From the NCBI GenBank assembly GCA_965209035.1, contig OZ242372.1, positions 1,600,001 through 1,664,000 of the forward strand: a stretch of 64,000 nucleotides of DNA, in the 5' to 3' direction. Source of the stretch: Gammaproteobacteria bacterium (GTDB lineage: Bacteria; Pseudomonadota; Gammaproteobacteria; CBDBNL01; JAAOII01). The translations under genes were made by a program, and so were the position numbers. The notes under the pieces are model-generated. The model did not search any database. It was not told the origin of the DNA and worked only from the letters and a program-made list of their open reading frames with translations. Each line of letters begins with the position of its first letter. Positions within the stretch are counted from its first letter, which is position 1. Shown piece by piece: positions 59,139-64,000 of this stretch.

Positions 59139-60667
59139 CGCGCGTTGTGCCGGTGATTCTTGCGGCGGGCCGCGGGACGCGCATGCGAGCAAGCCGACCG
59201 AAGGTGCTGTTGCCTCTCGGCGGTGTTCCCATTATTCGCCATTGTCTTGCCAAAGCAACGGCCGCCGTTTCCGCCGCCGATGAAATCCGCCCGGTGATCG
59301 GCTACGGCGAGAAGGAGGTGCGCGCCCTGTTGGATGAAACGGACAGCCGGGGTGTCCCGGTTGTACCAACTGTGCAAAAGGAGCAACTGGGCAGCGGTCA
59401 TGCCTTGGAGCTGGCTGTTCGCTCTCTTAACAAAGAGGATATCGTCCTGGTGCTGTATGGCGATGCCCCCCTGATTCGACCTGCCACATTAAAACGATTA
59501 ACGGCTATTGCCCGGAAGCAAAAGGCAGTCTGGCTCGGCGCCCGAATGGAAAAACCGCAGGGCTACGGCCGCATTGTCCGCGATGCGAGCGGCAACCCTT
59601 GTGCCATTACGGAAGAGCGGGATTGCTCGCCGGAGCAACGCGCACTGAAGGAAGTGAACACCGGCTTCATGGCGGCCCGGGCGGGACCTTTGCGTGTGTG
59701 GCTTAAGAGAATACTTGCCACCGAAAGAAAAAATGACCAAAAAGAATATCTTTTGACCGATGTGATGCAACATGCATACGCCGATTCATACCCGATAGAG
59801 GTACTGTGCTGTGAAAATGATTACGAATACCTGGGTGCCAATGATCTCGTTCAGTTGGCACAATTGGAGAAGTTGTTACAAGACCAACGCAAGGAGGCAT
59901 TGGCGCGTCAAGGAGTTTACCTGATGCATGCGGATAGTCTGTGTATCCTGGGCGAGGAAAAGAGTTTGCGTGTTGGGCGGGATGTTTGCATAGGAGCAAA
60001 TGTGGTCTTGTCGGGGCGGGTGCGTTTGGGAGACGATGTGGCGGTCGGCTGTGGCAGTTTTGTTCGCCAAACGACCATCGGCGACAGAACGCGCCTGTTG
60101 GAATTTTGCCATCTGGACGATGCGCGTATCGGCAAAGAATGTGTCCTGGGACCCTTCGCGCGTCTGCGACCGGGCAGCCGTCTTAAAGACCGAGTGCATA
60201 TCGGAAACTTTGTTGAAGTTAAAAACAGCGACATACTGGAAGGAAGCAAAGTGAGTCATTTAAGTTACCTGGGAGACGCTCGCATTGGCAAGCATGCCAA
60301 CATAGGCGCCGGCACGATTACGTGCAATTATGACGGTGTTCGCAAGCATCGGACCCGGATCGGAGAAGCCGCCTTTGTCGGCTCCAATACGGCCCTTGTC
60401 GCTCCCGTTACGATTGGCAAGGGGGCGGTTATCGGCGCGGGTTCCGTCATCAATAAGGATGTGGCGGCCGGCAGTTTGGCGTTGGAAAGGAGCAGACAGC
60501 GGGAAATGAAGAACTATGCGCCGGGTATCTCGAAAACCTCCAAAAGTTCCGGCAACTCTAAAAGCTCTAAAAGCCCCAAAAGTTTGGAGAGAAAAGACAA
60601 ACACTCGGCAAAAGTCGGGCGACCCGCGCAACCAAAACGCAGTGATTTGAAAAAGCGCAGCGATTGA
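59135..60667 (+). CDS. glmU: Bifunctional UDP-GlcNAc pyrophosphorylase/GlcN-1-P acetyltransferase
   Basis: Motifs LAAGRGTRM, GPFARLRP, GNFVEVK, HLSYLGD and GAGTITCNYDG; basic C-terminal extension. Confidence 0.97.
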   Translation: MTRVVPVILAAGRGTRMRASRPKVLLPLGGVPIIRHCLAKATAAVSAADEIRPVIGYGEKEVRALLDETDSRGVPVVPTVQKEQLGSGHALELAVRSLNKEDIVLVLYGDAPLIRPATLKRLTAIARKQKAVWLGARMEKPQGYGRIVRDASGNPCAITEERDCSPEQRALKEVNTGFMAARAGPLRVWLKRILATERKNDQKEYLLTDVMQHAYADSYPIEVLCCENDYEYLGANDLVQLAQLEKLLQDQRKEALARQGVYLMHADSLCILGEEKSLRVGRDVCIGANVVLSGRVRLGDDVAVGCGSFVRQTTIGDRTRLLEFCHLDDARIGKECVLGPFARLRPGSRLKDRVHIGNFVEVKNSDILEGSKVSHLSYLGDARIGKHANIGAGTITCNYDGVRKHRTRIGEAAFVGSNTALVAPVTIGKGAVIGAGSVINKDVAAGSLALERSRQREMKNYAPGISKTSKSSGNSKSSKSPKSLERKDKHSAKVGRPAQPKRSDLKKRSD

Positions 60668-60673
60668 AATAGG

Positions 60674-63511
60674 ATGACAAAAGAAAACACACCCGATTAC
60701 CGACCCACTTTAAATTTGCCGCGGACCGATTTCCCGATGAAGGCAAACCTGCCGCAGCGCGAACCAAAAATCCTGGATCTCTGGCGGGAGGAAAACATTT
60801 ATGAGACGCTGCGCAAACAACGAGCGGGGGAGGAGAAATGGGTTTTGCATGACGGGCCGCCTTATGCGAACGGTCGCTTGCATATAGGACATGCGGTGAA
60901 TAAGATTCTTAAGGATATTATTGTGAAGAGTCGTTCGCTGGACGGCTATAACGCCCCTTATGTTCCCGGTTGGGATTGCCACGGCCTGCCCATAGAAGTT
61001 AATGTGGAGAAAAAACTGGGACGCCCCAAGACCGCGGACGAGGAGCGCGCATTTCGGCGGGCATGTCGCGACTATGCAACCCGCTGGTTGGGCATTCAAC
61101 GCGAAGAATTTAAGCGGATGGGGGTGATCGGCGATTGGGAAAATCCTTACATCACGATGGATGCAAAAATAGAAGCGAACATCATTCGCGCACTTGCCAA
61201 GGTTTACGTCAACGGCCATATTCATGCCGGCCACAAGCCGGTGCAGTGGTGTTTGCAATGCGGTTCGGCACTTGCCGAGGCCGAAGTGGAGTATACCGAA
61301 AAGACTTCTATGGCGATTGATGTAGGCTTTCCTCTGCCGAAAGACGAGGAAGAAAAATTGGCGAAAAGGATGCCCGCGGGCGATTCGTCTGTGCCGTTAT
61401 TTTTTGTGGTTTGGACCACCACTCCTTGGACGATCCCCGCCAATCGGGCAATTGCGGTGCATCCGGACATTACTTATGTTCTGTTGCAGGTGCGGGCGCG
61501 AGACAGAGTGCTCAGATTGCTGGTTGCGGCCGATGCGGCCGACGCCTTTGCGGAGAGGTGCGGCTTATCGGATGTTCGCCGAATTGGCGAAATTAAGGGC
61601 GAGCATTTGACGGGGCTGGTGCCGAGGCATCCCTTATACGGTCGCCCCGCGCCGGTTTTTCCGGGCGACTATGTGACAGTGGAAACAGGCACCGGGTTGG
61701 TGCATTCCGCGCCGGCATATGGCTTGGAAGATTTTGCCCTGGGACAAAAGAATTCTTTGCGGTTGGATAATCCGGTCAATGGCGCCGGCTATTACGCCAA
61801 GGACTATCCTTTGGTGGGAGGCTGGCATATCTTTAGAGACGAAGAAAAGATTTTGGATGCCTTGCAAAAAAGCGGCTTTCTTATTTACGGGGGACCCTAT
61901 CGGCATCAGTATCCGCATTGCTGGCGGCACAAAAAACCGACCATTTATCGTGCCACGGATCAATGGTTTGTTAGTATGCACAACGCGGGTCTGATGGATA
62001 AGGTCCTTGAGGAGACGCCCAAAATCAAGTGGGTGCCGGAATGGGGAAGAGAGCGCATAGAAGGAATGATGAAGAGCCGACCGGATTGGTGTATTTCCCG
62101 CCAGCGGCACTGGGGCGTTCCCATTCCGTTTTTGGTTCATCGCGAAACCGGCCAACCGCATCCGCAAACGGGCGAGCATCTTGAAATACTGGCAAAACGC
62201 ATGGAAAAAGACGGACTGGAAGCCTGGTATGATTTGCAAGTTGCCGATCTTCTCGGCGAGGATGCGGACGATTATATAAAAAGCCGCCATATCCTGGATG
62301 TTTGGTTTGACTCCGGCACGACGCATTACACGGTGCTGCGCCAACGACCGCGGCTGCAATACCCGGCGGATCTGTATCTGGAAGGTTCGGACCAGCATCG
62401 CGGTTGGTTTCAGTCTTCTTTGTTGGCGGGAGTGGCGATGGATAACAAGGCGCCTTATAAGGGAGTTTTGACACACGGTTTTGCGGTGGACGGCGAAGGG
62501 CGCAAGATGTCCAAGTCTGTCGGCAATATTATTGAGCCGCAGGAAGTGATTGCAAAACTGGGGGCGGATGTTTTGCGTTTGTGGGTGGCATCCGCGGACT
62601 ATGTTAATGAGATGTCCATTTCGCCGGGCATCCTACATTCCGTAAGTGATATCTACCGCCGTATGCGCAATACGGCGCGATTCCTGTTGGCAAACTTGCA
62701 TGATTTTGATCCGCTCAAAGACAGCCTTGCGCCGGAGCAACAACTTTCTTTGGATCGTTGGATATTGGTGCGGGCTGCGGCATTGCAAGAAGAACTCGGG
62801 GAGGATTATCGCGCATACCGCTATGCCGCCGCCAGCCGCAAGTTGCACCAATTCTGTGTGCATGAACTGGGCGGTTTTTACTTGGATATCATCAAGGATC
62901 GCCAATACACGGCTATGGCCGACAGCCCCATTCGTCGTTCGGCACAAACATCTATTTTTCTGCTGCTGGATGCCCTGGCGCGTTGGCTCGCACCCTTGCT
63001 GAGTTTTACGGCCGAAGAGATTTGGCAGCATCTTCCCGGTGAACGAGAAGCAAGTGTTCTTTTTGCCCGGTGGCATGAGAATCTTTCCCCGGGAGAAGGT
63101 CGGGGCGGCCCCACTTCCGAACAGTGGGAAACCATTCTGCGTATCAAGCAGTGTGTCAACAAAGCCATAGAACAGGCACGCGATGCCAAGCAAATTGGCT
63201 CGGCCTTGGAAGCCGAATTGGATCTTTTTTGTGAAGGCGATCTATACAACGCCTTGGATGCCCCGGGGGACGAACTGCGCTTCATTTTGATTACCTCGGC
63301 GGCCCGGCTTAGACCATTGAGCGATGCCCCGCCGGATGCGATCCTAACGGATATTCCGCAACTGAAATTGAAACTCAGCGTTTCCGAGCACACCAAGTGC
63401 CCGCGCTGTTGGCACAGAGTTCCCGCCGGGCGGGACAAGCGGCATCCGTTACTCTGTGCGCGCTGTGTTGCCAATGTTTGCGGCGACGGCGAAACTCGGC
63501 GGCACGGTTAA
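60674..63511 (+). CDS. ileS: Isoleucine--tRNA ligase (type 1)
   Basis: Motifs HDGPPYANGRLHIGH, WCISRQR and KMSKS, with a C-terminal CPRC..CARC zinc finger. Confidence 0.99.
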   Translation: MTKENTPDYRPTLNLPRTDFPMKANLPQREPKILDLWREENIYETLRKQRAGEEKWVLHDGPPYANGRLHIGHAVNKILKDIIVKSRSLDGYNAPYVPGWDCHGLPIEVNVEKKLGRPKTADEERAFRRACRDYATRWLGIQREEFKRMGVIGDWENPYITMDAKIEANIIRALAKVYVNGHIHAGHKPVQWCLQCGSALAEAEVEYTEKTSMAIDVGFPLPKDEEEKLAKRMPAGDSSVPLFFVVWTTTPWTIPANRAIAVHPDITYVLLQVRARDRVLRLLVAADAADAFAERCGLSDVRRIGEIKGEHLTGLVPRHPLYGRPAPVFPGDYVTVETGTGLVHSAPAYGLEDFALGQKNSLRLDNPVNGAGYYAKDYPLVGGWHIFRDEEKILDALQKSGFLIYGGPYRHQYPHCWRHKKPTIYRATDQWFVSMHNAGLMDKVLEETPKIKWVPEWGRERIEGMMKSRPDWCISRQRHWGVPIPFLVHRETGQPHPQTGEHLEILAKRMEKDGLEAWYDLQVADLLGEDADDYIKSRHILDVWFDSGTTHYTVLRQRPRLQYPADLYLEGSDQHRGWFQSSLLAGVAMDNKAPYKGVLTHGFAVDGEGRKMSKSVGNIIEPQEVIAKLGADVLRLWVASADYVNEMSISPGILHSVSDIYRRMRNTARFLLANLHDFDPLKDSLAPEQQLSLDRWILVRAAALQEELGEDYRAYRYAAASRKLHQFCVHELGGFYLDIIKDRQYTAMADSPIRRSAQTSIFLLLDALARWLAPLLSFTAEEIWQHLPGEREASVLFARWHENLSPGEGRGGPTSEQWETILRIKQCVNKAIEQARDAKQIGSALEAELDLFCEGDLYNALDAPGDELRFILITSAARLRPLSDAPPDAILTDIPQLKLKLSVSEHTKCPRCWHRVPAGRDKRHPLLCARCVANVCGDGETRRHG

Positions 63512-63519
63512 ACCGCGAT

Positions 63520-64000
63520 TTAACTTTTACCGAGAAGAAACATCGCCTCTTGCCCCCAAAAGTTGGGGAAAAGAGAACCGGCCGGCCCGCCGCCCTTGAC
63601 AGTCTTGTCCTTAATCAATATTTTTTTTTGCCGACAGAGATGAGAGAAGTCCCGGATAGTGCAAAGATGAATATTGGGTGTTTCGTACCACGCATAAGGC
63701 AAGGCCTCGGATACGGGCATGCGACCGCGCAAGGTGAGGTATAACCGATGTTGCCAGTTACCAAAATTGGGAAAGGTGACAATGGCATTCTTGCCGATGC
63801 GCAGCATCTCGTTGAGCAGGCGGTCGGGTCGGCGGGCCGCATGCAGGGTGGAGGTTAACAGCGTGAAATCAAAACTCTTGTCGGCAAAGTTGTTCAATCC
63901 CAGATCAAAATTTTGTTCAATGACATTGACTCCCTTGCCCAAACATGCCGCAATGCAATTCGAATTGATTTCCAACCCGTAACCGCGCGCATTGTTTCTT
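63520..64000 (-). CDS. metW: Methionine biosynthesis protein MetW (3' part; start lies outside the window)
   Basis: Motifs EMLRIGK, IVTFPNFG, GRMPVS and WYETPNIHLCTIRDF. Confidence 0.92.
   Translation of the reverse strand, partial: RNNARGYGLEINSNCIAACLGKGVNVIEQNFDLGLNNFADKSFDFTLLTSTLHAARRPDRLLNEMLRIGKNAIVTFPNFGNWQHRLYLTLRGRMPVSEALPYAWYETPNIHLCTIRDFSHLCRQKKILIKDKTVKGGGPAGSLFPNFWGQEAMFLLGKS

Overview
A 64 kb chromosomal segment from a proteobacterium (gamma/beta-like housekeeping genes), possibly host-associated. The core backbone includes ubiB(partial)/ubiE, sdaA, glyA, nhaD, melA-malK, hprA, gcvTHP, mscS, tyrS, secA, pfk, metZ, glmU, ileS and metW(partial). It is interrupted by small, mostly AT-rich accessory blocks: (1) an IS481-family element beside a coiled-coil membrane gene; (2) a C5-methyltransferase plus GHKL-ATPase/nuclease island at the nhaD 3' end, split by an IS1634-family element with a 159-bp target duplication; (3) an IS1634-derived MITE with a 295-bp duplication beside orphan membrane genes; (4) a tandem-duplicated Panacea/SocA antitoxin with a candidate membrane toxin; (5) a type III R-M operon; (6) DUF5131, an orphan methyltransferase and two repeat lipoproteins (PQQ-like propeller; TSP3+GLUG). 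The least explained signals are non-coding. The last ~55-125 bp of the IS481 right end recurs as at least 8 degenerate stand-alone copies, mostly pointing into a gene start. A second ~55-bp-arm hairpin family marks accessory-gene boundaries. No tRNA, rRNA, CRISPR array, reverse transcriptase or tyrosine integrase was recognised. All alignments were done by eye.
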